The notes: generated from the sequence alone by a model not told the origin. A stretch of 64,000 bases of DNA from Candidatus Eiseniibacteriota bacterium (GCA_963762255.1 CAVXKA010000002.1:1120001-1184000); one strand, 5' to 3'; counted from the stretch's first letter, positions 28,484 through 38,195 are shown. Program-made: numbers and translations.

Positions 28484-29067
28484 ATGCCATACCTTTCGCC
28501 CCCCACGCTGACGCGGGCCGAGCAGGCGGCGCTGCTGCGCGTGTCAGGCGTTCAACCCCGCGACCAGGTGATCTTCTCCCTCGCATTGGGAACCGGACTT
28601 CGTTTGTCGGAAATCGTCGGCCTCAACGTGGGGGGCGCGTTCACAGCGGACGGCAAGCCGCGCAGTCGTATCAGGCTGAGGAAGGAGATCGCCAAGGGTG
28701 GCCGCGCCGGCGATGTGTTCCTGCCCGACGCGCTGGGGCCGAAGCTCGTGAGGTCCTGGCGGTACAAGGTGCGATCGGGCGAATCGCTGTCGCCGACCGC
28801 ACCGCTGTTCGCCAACCAGTCCGGCCACCGATCTCCAAACGCCGCGTCCAAATGGCATTCAAGACCTGGCAGCAGCGCGCGGGGTTCGACCGGATCTACG
28901 GGTTTCACGCATTGCGCCACAGCGCGGTCACGAATGTCCACCGTGCGTCGCGCGACCTCTTCCTGGCCCAAAGATTTGCAAGGCATGCCAGCCCCCTCAC
29001 CACCACCATCTACTCGCATGTATCAGATGAAGAGCTCTTCGACGGCATCCGAACCCTGAGCTGCTGA
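28484..29067 (+). pseudogene. Small (about 195 aa, catalytic-domain-only) tyrosine recombinase, 1-nt frameshift near 28830
   Basis: Catalytic R (GLRLSE), K (AKGG), HxxR (FHALRH), H (ARHAS), Y (TTIYSH) split over two frames; RBS GGAGG. Confidence 0.9.
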
Positions 29068-29292
29068 CCGACAGGAGGACGCAAGGGAGATTCAAGATCG
29101 ATCGTGTCCGCATTCGCAACTTTAGAATCCACCCTGCGTTCCGCGTCTTGGAGAATGGCCACGCATCGAAGTCCGTGGCGAGAGTGAAGTAATACGACTA
29201 AAATAGTTGCAGTCAACGCTCTCCACGGGGCAGCTCAGCGAGCGGAACCCCGTCTCTCGTGCAATCACCCAATGCGATCGGAGGGTCCGGCG

Positions 29293-29922
29293 ATGAGTTC
29301 TCTGCTACCGGCTTCCACCATCCAGCGCGTCGTTCGGCATTTCGGCGTAATGACCCTCGTTCTTCTCGGCACGATTGCCCTGCCCGTTGCGTCTGGAGCC
29401 CAGCCATGTCCCCTCCCACCGCAGTACACAAACAGCGCCAGCGTGATGGTAGGTGACCTTCGGTTCATCCTCGCCACGGAGACCTACCTGTACGCCGTCG
29501 GCGATCCGGTCAGCATCATCATGACCGTGGAGAACACCGGCTCCGGTTCAGTGACCATTCCGAATCCCTCGATGATCTCGCCGCTTCAGGCGCTATGGGT
29601 AGTTGCCGATACGTGCGCTACCTTTTACGTGGACGACTGCCCTTCCGTCTCGCCGTTCTATTGGCCTCAGAGCCACTACTACTTCGGGGTGTCGATCGTC
29701 CTCGCTCCCGGCGAATGCCGCACCTACACGCAGACCTGGAACGGTGTGCCATGGCAGGGCGGGACTGCACAGCCGGGTTTCTATGCCGTTCTTGGCGGCA
29801 TGAGCAGGGGGTCGACACTATTCATGCCCCAAGGCGGCGTCCGGCTCCCGATTCAGATCGGTGAACAGGGTGTACCTACGGACCAGCGCACTTGGGGAGC
29901 GATCAAGTCGCTGTACCGGTAG
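29293..29922 (+). CDS. Secreted Ig-like (BsuPI-like) protein with C-terminal TWGxIKxLY motif (start uncertain)
   Basis: Signal-like N-terminus, Y..GDPV..TVEN, LAPGE..TY...W, ends TWGAIKSLYR. Confidence 0.7.
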   Translation: MSSLLPASTIQRVVRHFGVMTLVLLGTIALPVASGAQPCPLPPQYTNSASVMVGDLRFILATETYLYAVGDPVSIIMTVENTGSGSVTIPNPSMISPLQALWVVADTCATFYVDDCPSVSPFYWPQSHYYFGVSIVLAPGECRTYTQTWNGVPWQGGTAQPGFYAVLGGMSRGSTLFMPQGGVRLPIQIGEQGVPTDQRTWGAIKSLYR

Positions 29923-29994
29923 CCAGTCTCGGCAGGACTGCGCATCGCGATCGCACCGTGCAGCGCAAGTTGGGCTATGCGCCGAAGGTCTGTC

Positions 29995-30100
29995 CGCGAC
30001 GTAGCGGTTCGCGAGGTACGCGTCGCCGTTGACTACGACCGTGTACACCCACGTCGGCGACGAAAAACTCATGCAGGGGATTCGCGGGCTGGGGTGCTTA
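29995..30100 (+). pseudogene. C-terminal fragment of the small tyrosine recombinase
   Basis: RFARYASPLTTTVYTHVGDEKLMQGIRGLGC. Confidence 0.85.
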
Positions 30101-30114
30101 GGGAGCAACCACAG

Positions 30115-30345
30115 TCAGCCCGATCCACCCAGGGTCCAGACCTCGCGTCCGCTCTTGAGGTGCTTCTTGTGGATACTCACGTCGTCGGCCCCCTCCGCCT
30201 CGGCAATCGAGCGGAGCTCGGCGATGTCCTCGGGACTGCCGTCGCAGAATCCCATCGGCCGCGGATTATTGGGCAGGTTGAGCTGGACTTTGAACTCGCC
30301 ACGGTCCCAGCGAGTCTGCGTGGCATTGTTGTAGGGGTGGATCAT
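30115..30345 (-). CDS. Small hypothetical protein
   Basis: 76-aa ORF MIHPYNNATQTRWDRG...GREVWTLG with protein-like composition. Confidence 0.6.
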   Translation of the reverse strand: MIHPYNNATQTRWDRGEFKVQLNLPNNPRPMGFCDGSPEDIAELRSIAEAEGADDVSIHKKHLKSGREVWTLGGSG

Positions 30346-30452
30346 GATGTTGCGGAGTCTAAGCGACCGCAGCTTCGAGAGCCAGACCTGAGCGTCGGGC
30401 ACCGCGATCGGGTGTATCCTGAGTCCCCACGCCCCTGAGGTCGGAGGTCGAC

Positions 30453-30617
30453 ATGTCCGTGTATGAGTTCACCTGCCAGGAATGCCGGAAGAAGTTTCAG
30501 GTCGTAAGGCCGATCACCGAGTACAACCCCAAGACCGTGCGCTGCCCGAAGTGTAGAAGCAAGAACGTGAAGCGGAGTTGGGGAGCAGTTCAGGTCCACA
30601 CTTCTAAGAAGAGCTGA
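30453..30617 (+). CDS. FmdB-family zinc-ribbon protein (54 aa, below ORF-track cutoff)
   Basis: Manual translation MSVYEFTCQECRKKF...RCPKCRSKNVKR; RBS GGAGG. Confidence 0.85.
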   Translation: MSVYEFTCQECRKKFQVVRPITEYNPKTVRCPKCRSKNVKRSWGAVQVHTSKKS

Positions 30618-30641
30618 GGGACGCTCCGTCTGTGGCTTGGC

Positions 30642-30725
30642 CTGTTCCTCGCCTAGCGATTCGCAAGGCACGCATCGCCGCTCGCCCCGACCGTGTACAC
30701 GAATCCCTCGGACGAAGAGCGGTTC
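30642..30725 (+). pseudogene. C-terminal fragment of the small tyrosine recombinase (internal stop)
   Basis: LFLA*RFARHASPLAPTVYTNPSDEERF. Confidence 0.8.
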
Positions 30726-31054
30726 GGGGGGACCCCTAAACGGACGTGCCAGCAAGTCGCCCACCCCGGACCGGACCGAGTATCCCGGCTTGAACCACGT
30801 GCCGAGTGCCTCAAGAAGATGGCTATTACCAGCAAAGCGCGCTAGTGTCCTTGACTGTATGGTGCGCTTGGTGCACATGGTGAAGTCTTCTCGAAGCGAT
30901 TCGGATCAGTCCAAACCCGCCTCCCGAACCCTCGCCTCGTCCCCAGTGTTTCCATGTTGACGAGGCTCATCGGTTCGTTGCTCGGATACTCCGGCCACGC
31001 CGATGGTCCGACTTTCGGCGGGCGATCTCGCACCGCACGTCTGGAGAAGTTCTA

Positions 31055-31327
31055 ATGACTAAGAAGATCTACGTGGGCAACCTGCCCTTCGACGCCACCG
31101 ACGACGCGGTTCGAGCGTTGTTTGCTCCTCACGGTGAGGTTACTTCCGTCAATCTCATCACGGACCGCGAAACGGGCCGGCCCCGTGGCTTCGGCTTCGT
31201 GGAGATGGAGAACGGCATCGCCGAGGCGATTCTTGCGCTCAACAACACCACCATGGGTCAACGCAACCTGACGGTCAACGAGGCTAAGCCTCGTGAGGAC
31301 CGGGGCGGCGGCGGCTCGCGCTGGTAG
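31055..31327 (+). CDS. RRM-domain RNA-binding protein
   Basis: RNP2 IYVGNL, RNP1 RGFGFVEM, Gly-rich tail. Confidence 0.95.
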   Translation: MTKKIYVGNLPFDATDDAVRALFAPHGEVTSVNLITDRETGRPRGFGFVEMENGIAEAILALNNTTMGQRNLTVNEAKPREDRGGGGSRW

Positions 31328-31333
31328 TTTCCA

Positions 31334-31370
31334 GGGCCCCCCGGTCACGAACCGGGGGGCCTGTCTTTTC
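31334..31370 (+). terminator. Rho-independent terminator
   Basis: GGCCCCCCGGT-CACGA-ACCGGGGGGCC followed by TGTCTTTTC. Confidence 0.8.
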
Positions 31371-31394
31371 CTCACAAGCACGCCCGTCAAGTAG

Positions 31395-31538
31395 GCGGTC
31401 ACTGCCGTTTATCGGATGTCCCGCGACATCTTCCTCGCGCAGCGCCTCTCGAGGCACGCATCGCCTCTGACGACCACCGTATACACCCACATCGGCGACG
31501 AAGAGCTCATGCAGGGCATCCGCACTTTGAACTGCTAG
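31395..31538 (+). pseudogene. C-terminal fragment of the small tyrosine recombinase
   Basis: AVTAVYRMSRDIFLAQRLSRHASPLTTTVYTHIGDEELMQGIRTLNC*. Confidence 0.88.
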
Positions 31539-31761
31539 CCGCCTACCGCCGGTGGTACGATTGATGGTCCTGAGTGGTGACGAGCTTCATTGCTGCCCAC
31601 CGATTCCCCCAGGTTGGGGCATCACTCGGGAACGCCGGGCCTAGCTCACGCGGGGCCCGTTCGTTTTGCCAGCGACTGGCTCACGGTGGAGAGATTCGGG
31701 AGGTTCGTTTAGCTGCCTGCTGTTCAGTTCAACACTGGACGGCTCATCCAAGGGCCACAGT

Positions 31762-32130
31762 CTATCTGAATGCGCTGCCATCCCCACTAAGCCGCCCGCC
31801 AAGAGCAGTCACGATTGCCGTCCCGATGATCCAGAGGATGACTAGGGCGGGAATGCTCGCGATAGCCCACTTGATCATGAACGCGACCATGCTCCCGAAC
31901 GGCATCTTGATGTCAACGACAGTCACTTCATTGCCTCGAGAATCGATCGTGACGACTGCATGTCCTGGTGCTTCGGATTGCCGGCGAAACGCCTTAGCCA
32001 AGGCACTGCGCTCTGCATCTGTAGCCCCGGTAACGGGTGCCGCTGGCTTCCCAGTAGCCAAGTCAATCCCGCAGTCACAAACCGAGGCTTTTGAGAAGTA
32101 GAACCTCCCGCATCCTGGACAATTCGGCAT
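31762..32130 (-). CDS. Hypothetical membrane protein with N-terminal Cys cluster
   Basis: CPGC...CDCG; VVDIKMPFGSMVAFMIKWAIASIPA hydrophobic tail. Confidence 0.65.
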   Translation of the reverse strand: MPNCPGCGRFYFSKASVCDCGIDLATGKPAAPVTGATDAERSALAKAFRRQSEAPGHAVVTIDSRGNEVTVVDIKMPFGSMVAFMIKWAIASIPALVILWIIGTAIVTALGGRLSGDGSAFR

Positions 32131-32146
32131 CGCTCGTACCCCTTGC

Positions 32147-32853
32147 CTAGATCGTGAAGACCTTGAGTACCTCGTCTCCGTAGTGGGTGATCACCTTGAT
32201 GGCGATCTTGCCGGTCTCAGGTGGGTCGAAGGGACGACTCACCCTGCTGTAGAGGGTTGACCACGCGCCTTCGTCGATCTCCGCGCGGAGGGCGCGCTTC
32301 AGCTTCTCGTACTGCTCATCGCCACCGGTGAAGTAGGCATGTCGTACGAAGAAGCTCTCGCCGTTGTAGTTCGTGTCGATGAACCAACAGGCCATGTCGT
32401 CGGTGGACGAACTGCGGATCTGTCCCGTGGTTGGGTCGTAGACATCTACGCCTCGGACCTCGATCTCGAGCTTCCCGTCCTTGGTCTTCCTGATGTCCAC
32501 ATCCGGCTCACCGAAGACCATGAATAGGTTGCCGGCACCGGTTTTCTTGAGCAGTTCGTCGCCCATCGCGAGGTCGGGGTTCATACGTGTCGCCAGGACG
32601 GTCAGCTTCCCGTAGCGGGTGGCCTCCTCGGAAACATGAGGGTCGAAGGTGAAGCCGCAGACGACCAGGATGTCGAAGCCGACGCCGAGGACCGCTTCCT
32701 TCGCAGCCTCTTTGACGAGCTGGGGGCCAACGGTCCCGTGCTCCGGGCCGATGACCACCGCGACCCGTTTCACCTTCTTGTCGGCGTCCGTGTACTCGCC
32801 AGCCCCCTGAATCCACTTCCCCGCGAAGGGTTCCAGCCGGTCAAAGGTCAGTC
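32147..32853 (-). pseudogene. C-terminal fragment of type III R-M Mod (DNA methyltransferase) subunit
   Basis: GPEHGTV, TGAGNLFMVFGEPDV, GVDVYDPTTG, WFIDTNYNGESFFVRHAYF, KIAIKVITHYGDEV; no catalytic DPPY region. Confidence 0.8.
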
Positions 32854-32996
32854 TGGGCGATCGGCATGAAGTAAGAGCTGACCCGGCGTGTCTCGTCGAT
32901 GTCGCGGGTGATCCCCTCCTGGCCGAAACGCCAGTGCCGAGTCGGCTCGCGGAAGGGCGAGTTCAGGATGGGGTTTTCAATGGTTACGTCGGCCAC
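32853..32996 (-). pseudogene. N-terminal fragment of type III R-M Res subunit
   Basis: Manual translation from GTG 32996: MADVTIENPILNSPFREPTRHWRFGQEGIT...RRVSSYFMPIAQ. Confidence 0.7.
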
Positions 32997-33135
32997 GGGG
33001 TGGGCTCCCAGTTGCTATGTGATCACGGCCTCAGCGCAGCCGGTTGGGGGAATCCAGCGCAGCTATGGCAGAGCGGCCTCTCATGTCGGGTCGCAGCATA
33101 TCGCACAGAGGCGCGGTGGCCAAGGCGAGAGGTCC

Positions 33136-33408
33136 CTACTTGCCCTCCACGCTCTCGCCACAGTACCGGCACTTGATCGCCTCGGACTTGATCAGCTCGG
33201 CGCAGTAGGGGCACTTCTTCATCTCGCCCGCGTCCACGGCTCGCTGCTCGACCTTCTTCGCCTCTTTCGGCATGACGAGGGCGAGAATCAATCCGAATGG
33301 GCCCAGCAGAAAACCGATCGCGAACCACCCGCAGCCACTGCGTCCCTTGTTCGACCCGATGACTGCACTAATGATCCCGCAGAGAATCCATACACCTACC
33401 CATTCCAT
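33136..33408 (-). CDS. Small membrane protein with zinc ribbon
   Basis: Two TM (KGRS..GWF..GFLLGPFG) and KKCPYCAELIKSEAIKCRYCG. Confidence 0.85.
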   Translation of the reverse strand: MEWVGVWILCGIISAVIGSNKGRSGCGWFAIGFLLGPFGLILALVMPKEAKKVEQRAVDAGEMKKCPYCAELIKSEAIKCRYCGESVEGK

Positions 33409-33498
33409 ACTTCGTCCTCATGCGCTTCGAATGCGTCTGGCCTACCCCCCGAACCTCTGCTTCAGCTGGCCCCAGGTGGTGGGGACACCTCGCTAAGC

Positions 33499-35313
33499 CT
33501 ATACTTTCAACACTCGGCGGAGCACGAACGGATCATCCGCCGCCTCACTGCAAAGCCGTCCAATTGCGTCCTCCGTCTCAGCAGAGTCCCGCTCAAGTTG
33601 GGCGATCTTCTCCAGAATCACGTCTCGCTCAGCGCTGATTCCCACCCGTAACCGATTCTGCTCCGCCCTGAGCATCTCAATGCTGGCCACTCGGTGTCGT
33701 CGCACCGAGCTGACAATCCACAGGAGGACGAAGGCCCCGGTAGACAGTAGCCCCACCACCAACAACACCCTGCCAGCGCCATGGAACACCGCTCCCACAA
33801 AGACCTTGTCGGCCTTGCCGCCCAACACAGCGCCTATCGACCTGAGAACGAACATCAATGGCCACACCACACCCATGATCCAGGGGGTCATGAGGCGATC
33901 GGCTGAAGATTCCTCCGCTCGGGCACTCGCCATGCCGATGCCCACATAGGTCGCAATGATCGCGATCCGACCGATGGTGGTGGGAAGCCACTTGAGTCCG
34001 CGGGTCTTCTCATCGATCGCCCCCACCTGCTCCGCCATCGTAGATATGGCCGAGTCGGTGCCAGACATCCGCTTGCTCAGGGCATCAGCCTGCACCCTCT
34101 GCTCGGAGGTTGTCTTGCGAAGCGAGGAGGCGGTCTCCAGGAGTGGGAGAAGCGACTTGTATGTGGCCGTCAAGTGCTGAAGCGCCCAAAGTGTCCGCGT
34201 TCTCACGGAGAATGATGCATCTGGCGGAACAGACATCAGCTCTGCCCCGACCGCGCCCAGCTTGACCAGGCATGTAGCGTGACGTTCGTCGATCTCGCTT
34301 GCCCGAAGCGTTTCCAACTGGGAGACCAGCCGGGTGGCCGCCGCGCCAACTCTCCGAGATGTATCAGTGGACAGCTCCTCCAACATTGCGAACACTCTTT
34401 CTCGAACACCGTTGAGATCTGGGTCTATTCCGGCCCGCACAAATAGTTCGGGTTCTCGCAGAATGCTTCCTCGAATCTGCGAAAGGCCGCTATTAGCATC
34501 CCCAGATAGAATGGCGTACACGCCTGCGGTGAAGACCCAGCCTGGATCGCCAGGGGGATCCGCTGTGATTGCACGGTTGGCATAGTCCCTTGCCTGTGAG
34601 AACTCTCTCTGCTTGTAGAGAACTCGCCCGTACAACCAGAGAGCCCTCGCCCTCGCGGGCGGATCCAGTGCGACTGGAAGTTGCCAAGCGTTCTTGAACC
34701 ACCGTAGAGCATCCCTCAGATTGCCTCTCTCTTTGTCCAATACTCCGAGGTTCATAAGAACTTGGTAGTCTGTTCGATCGGCCTTCAACGCACTTCGCAG
34801 TCGCTCTTCCGCGTCAGCGTATTCGCGAACTGCCAAGAGTCGGGTGCCTTGTTCAACGAGTTGTCGAGCGTCATTGCTGCGACTCTCGGAGAGGACGTGG
34901 AGCACAGCATCGAGTGTCCGTCCCTGCTGGGCCAGGAGCCACTTGATGTCCGTGAGATCTGAGGAGAGAAGTTCACCAAGAGTGAAAAGCGAGTCGGAGA
35001 TCTCCTCGCCGAGCGCGCCCATGCGATCTGCAAGTCTCTCGTGGGCTTGGGATAGTTCCCTGGAGATGGTGTCCGCATGGAGTCGGATCTCATGAGCCAC
35101 CGTGGCGGAGCCATCTTGTACGGCGCCTGAGATTGCATCTGCCTGGGCTTCGAGTAGTGCACACTGCTTACGGCCAAGGCTAACGAGCTCAAGCTCACGA
35201 GCTGCAGGATTGTAGATCTGCTCTCTGAAGAGGTGGTAACCCTCGTCGCTCACGAACAACTTCCTCCGCTCTGTCATCCATCCGATGCTGTGCCTCTCGC
35301 GCAGCATCGTCAT
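33499..35313 (-). CDS. TPR-repeat, coiled-coil membrane protein (start uncertain)
   Basis: TPR-like helices (YADAEERLRSAL..D, NLG), C-terminal TM segments, atypical codon usage. Confidence 0.7.
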   Translation of the reverse strand: MTMLRERHSIGWMTERRKLFVSDEGYHLFREQIYNPAARELELVSLGRKQCALLEAQADAISGAVQDGSATVAHEIRLHADTISRELSQAHERLADRMGALGEEISDSLFTLGELLSSDLTDIKWLLAQQGRTLDAVLHVLSESRSNDARQLVEQGTRLLAVREYADAEERLRSALKADRTDYQVLMNLGVLDKERGNLRDALRWFKNAWQLPVALDPPARARALWLYGRVLYKQREFSQARDYANRAITADPPGDPGWVFTAGVYAILSGDANSGLSQIRGSILREPELFVRAGIDPDLNGVRERVFAMLEELSTDTSRRVGAAATRLVSQLETLRASEIDERHATCLVKLGAVGAELMSVPPDASFSVRTRTLWALQHLTATYKSLLPLLETASSLRKTTSEQRVQADALSKRMSGTDSAISTMAEQVGAIDEKTRGLKWLPTTIGRIAIIATYVGIGMASARAEESSADRLMTPWIMGVVWPLMFVLRSIGAVLGGKADKVFVGAVFHGAGRVLLVVGLLSTGAFVLLWIVSSVRRHRVASIEMLRAEQNRLRVGISAERDVILEKIAQLERDSAETEDAIGRLCSEAADDPFVLRRVLKV

Positions 35314-35699
35314 ATCACAGTGCCCTTGATCGTGAGGCATTCTAGGCGGAACTCAGGCTTCTTGAACAACAGATCGTCATTAGGTTCAAGGGCACCCGCC
35401 CCGCGATCGACAATGCGTCTCCGTGTCGACAGGCGACATGTGGCAATCCGGGGGGCAGCGGGGTCAGTCCTGGCCGTCCGGGACGCGGCAGGGGCCGCTA
35501 ATGGGCTTTTCAGGGACAGTTTTTGGCCTGATTCTTCGCCTCTGCCGAGGCTCCAGGTGAGGCCGAACACGCCTACGTATTGAAATGACTGTGGGTTACA
35601 GGATTGACCCCTCCGGCGCCTCGGGGTCCGACCCCCAAAACGATGCCCATTACAGGCCCTCTTCGGGGGGGCCATGCCCCAAAATCGCGCCCTCCCAGC

Positions 35700-36290
35700 G
35701 CAAACTCCTCACCGACCTCGCCGCCAAGCGCGGCTGGGACGCCATCCTTTACGACGAGGGCGGCGTCAGCGCCGAGACCATCGGCTCGCGCCCCGTCATG
35801 AAGCGGCTCCTCGATGATGTCGCCGACGGCCGCATCGACCTCGTTGCCGTCGTTGAGATGGAGCGGCTGTGCCGCGCCTCCGACCTCCGCGACTGGGCCA
35901 CCATCAGCACGACGTTCCGCGAGCCCGACCTTCGCGGCATCCTGTCGAAGCGCGAGAAGCAGAAGCTGCTCGAGCACACCCACCGCGGCCTGGAACAGGC
36001 CCGCGATGCCGGACGGTTCATCGGAGGTCAGCCGATGCTTGGCTACCGCTACGATCACGCCACCCACGGAGGTCCTGAAGGACCGCCACGCCCGCGCGAT
36101 GGAGACTGCCGGAAGCGTGGACGCGACCGCCGTCGAGATCGATCCACGCAAACGGACGCTGACCGTGGTCTGGCGGCTCGGCGGCGAGACACGGTACCGG
36201 GTGCCGCAGCTTCGCGGCGGGCAGGGGCGCAGCGTGGAGGCGTTCATGGTGCGGGTCGCGGCGGCGTCAAGGGAGTTCCGCGTACCGTAG
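35700..36290 (+). pseudogene. Large serine recombinase relic with internal deletions
   Basis: LYDEGGVSAETIGSRPVMKRLLDDV..GRIDLVAVVEMERLCR, RG...ARDAGRFIGGQPMLGYRYD; catalytic Y.R.S N-terminus missing. Confidence 0.78.
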
Positions 36291-36352
36291 CGGGAGAGCG
36301 CGTCGACATGCCCATCCCGCAGTACAGAGGAGGGCCGGGAAGGAGCATCGGC

Positions 36353-36450
36353 CGCTAACGTGCGCCATGTGGGGCACGCCGCCCGGCGTGGCCCGTACCC
36401 AGCACGGGACTTGACGCGCGTAGCCGTCCGCTCGACCGCACTATTGGGGT
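36353..36450 (-). repeat. Degenerate attC-like site
   Basis: Right after the stop of 36453-37205: CCCCAAT-AGTGC-GGTCGAGCGGACGGC...CAC-GTTAGCG; left core is AAT instead of AAC. Confidence 0.4.
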
Positions 36451-36452
36451 CG

Positions 36453-37205
36453 TCACTGACCGGGTCCGTCGCCTTCCCAAGTCACGATGGCAGTGTCTCC
36501 GAGAGCTTCGTGCTCGAACGGTTCTCGATCAGGCCACCAGAATCGGAACTCCACGATCACCGCGTATTCGCCAGCTGGCGCATTGCCGATCGGAACGACG
36601 TTCCGCGCACCTTCCCAGCGAAACTCTGAAACTGCCCCGCTGGGTCCGAGCTCATGCATATTCGGTCGACATTCGCAGTATTGCGGCTGGATGACTTCTC
36701 GGCCGAGGGAATCAAAGACATGAAAGTAGGGAGGTACGATGCAACAGTCATCCAGGAAGTCCACGCGCTCGTCTCCTTGCTTTCCCACCATCGCGATCGC
36801 GGTGATTGGGGAACCTCTCCGTCCCGTTGTGACTATCGCGCTCAGACTTAGAAACACTCCAGGGCCGACACAGCGAGTGCAGTCGAAGAAGGACACCCGA
36901 GTCGTGTCGCCGGCCTCAGCCACAACTGAGATATCCACGAAAGGTCGCCCAGGCCCTCCGGTATTGATCCCATACGCCCGAACGATGTAGTCCCCCGCCG
37001 GAACAGCGAACTCCGCCAAGCCATCGACGCCTGTCGTCCGCGTCTCACCCCCCTCCAGCAGCTCCACCTGCTTGCCCGACTCAGCCCCTTCTTCGGTGTG
37101 TACATAAGCCACGATCACTGCGTCGGCATTCGGAGTTTCTGGGTCGGATTCGTGGCACGCCACCAGACTCAGCATCACGAGGATCGCGGGGAGGTACACA
37201 CGCAT
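36453..37205 (-). CDS. Hypothetical lipoprotein
   Basis: Lipobox LVA-C; prealbumin/Ig-like beta pattern (TTGVDG.AEF.VPAGDY). Confidence 0.7.
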   Translation of the reverse strand: MRVYLPAILVMLSLVACHESDPETPNADAVIVAYVHTEEGAESGKQVELLEGGETRTTGVDGLAEFAVPAGDYIVRAYGINTGGPGRPFVDISVVAEAGDTTRVSFFDCTRCVGPGVFLSLSAIVTTGRRGSPITAIAMVGKQGDERVDFLDDCCIVPPYFHVFDSLGREVIQPQYCECRPNMHELGPSGAVSEFRWEGARNVVPIGNAPAGEYAVIVEFRFWWPDREPFEHEALGDTAIVTWEGDGPGQ

Positions 37206-37309
37206 GACCTTTGCTTCCCTCGCTTTCGTTGGCCGAATACACCGCCGGTCCGCCCACCCTTCAGGGCCGATTCTACTCCCCAGGAGCGGGCGACGGCGGC
37301 ACCGGGCAG

Positions 37310-37525
37310 TCAGGCCGCTGCGCCATCCTTACGAGAAGCGAGATACCGTCCGCTCGCCACTCCTGAACCGTAACCCAGGCAGAAAAGGGCGATCTTGGCC
37401 GCACTTGAGACATGCGGCCAGATCACAACGGACAAAACACACGCCAGTACCAGGAACATCAGCGCAACAGGAATCAGGCTACGGCCGGATCGTCTCAAGG
37501 CAATCCCCTTTCGAATGAAGTTCAC
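37310..37525 (-). CDS. Small hypothetical membrane protein
   Basis: 71-aa ORF with two hydrophobic segments. Confidence 0.45.
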   Translation of the reverse strand: MNFIRKGIALRRSGRSLIPVALMFLVLACVLSVVIWPHVSSAAKIALFCLGYGSGVASGRYLASRKDGAAA

Positions 37526-37644
37526 CAGCGGGCTCGCCCGTTCGACCGCACAATCTGGCTAACGTGCTGTCGGTCAGCCGCGCCCGCGACGACCGATTCC
37601 ATCGCCCTATCCTACTCCCCAGGAGCGAGCGGGGGCCGTCATTC

Positions 37645-37905
37645 CTAGAGCCCCAACTCGGGAAGTATCCCCCTTGGCCTGATTGCCGCGTCGTAGATCA
37701 GCTTCATGCCCAGTCCGATGAGGACACCCCCACCGCCTGAAACCAAAATGGCGATGCCGTTACGCAGAAGTGCGGATCGCCACTGGGGATGCTCCTGACT
37801 GCGCATCAGCACCCGATGGTGCCACATGCTCCCGAGCAAGAGTGTCCCCGCCCCGATCGTGATGCAGGCCAGCGTTAGCACGGTCCTCATGGTGAGGTCA
37901 TCCAT
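37645..37905 (-). CDS. Small hypothetical membrane protein (start uncertain)
   Basis: Two hydrophobic segments. Confidence 0.45.
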   Translation of the reverse strand: MDDLTMRTVLTLACITIGAGTLLLGSMWHHRVLMRSQEHPQWRSALLRNGIAILVSGGGGVLIGLGMKLIYDAAIRPRGILPELGL

Positions 37906-38195
37906 CCAGGATGTTTCCCGGAGCACCACTACAAGTGAGTCTCGCGAGAGTCAGGGGATCGAATCGATTGGATCGGCAATTCTGGAGCTGCGCTCACCTG
38001 TCTTCTTGCGGAACAGCGTAGTCAACGTAATTCTTCCGTGGGCAACATCTCCAGGAGCTTGCAGACGGTGTGGTGGTTGCGGCGCCACCGTTAACAGGGC
38101 TCAGGGCAGGCTCTATGACTAAAGAGGCTCAAACACCGTGGCAAGTATTCCTCGTTTCACTCAGCACGACACGACAATAGGAGGAATTGGGTTAC

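Noticed and set aside
26757-31700. GAGATTC/GAATCTC-like words near the recombinase copies as binding sites
   Set aside because: Too short and inconsistently placed to distinguish from chance without statistics
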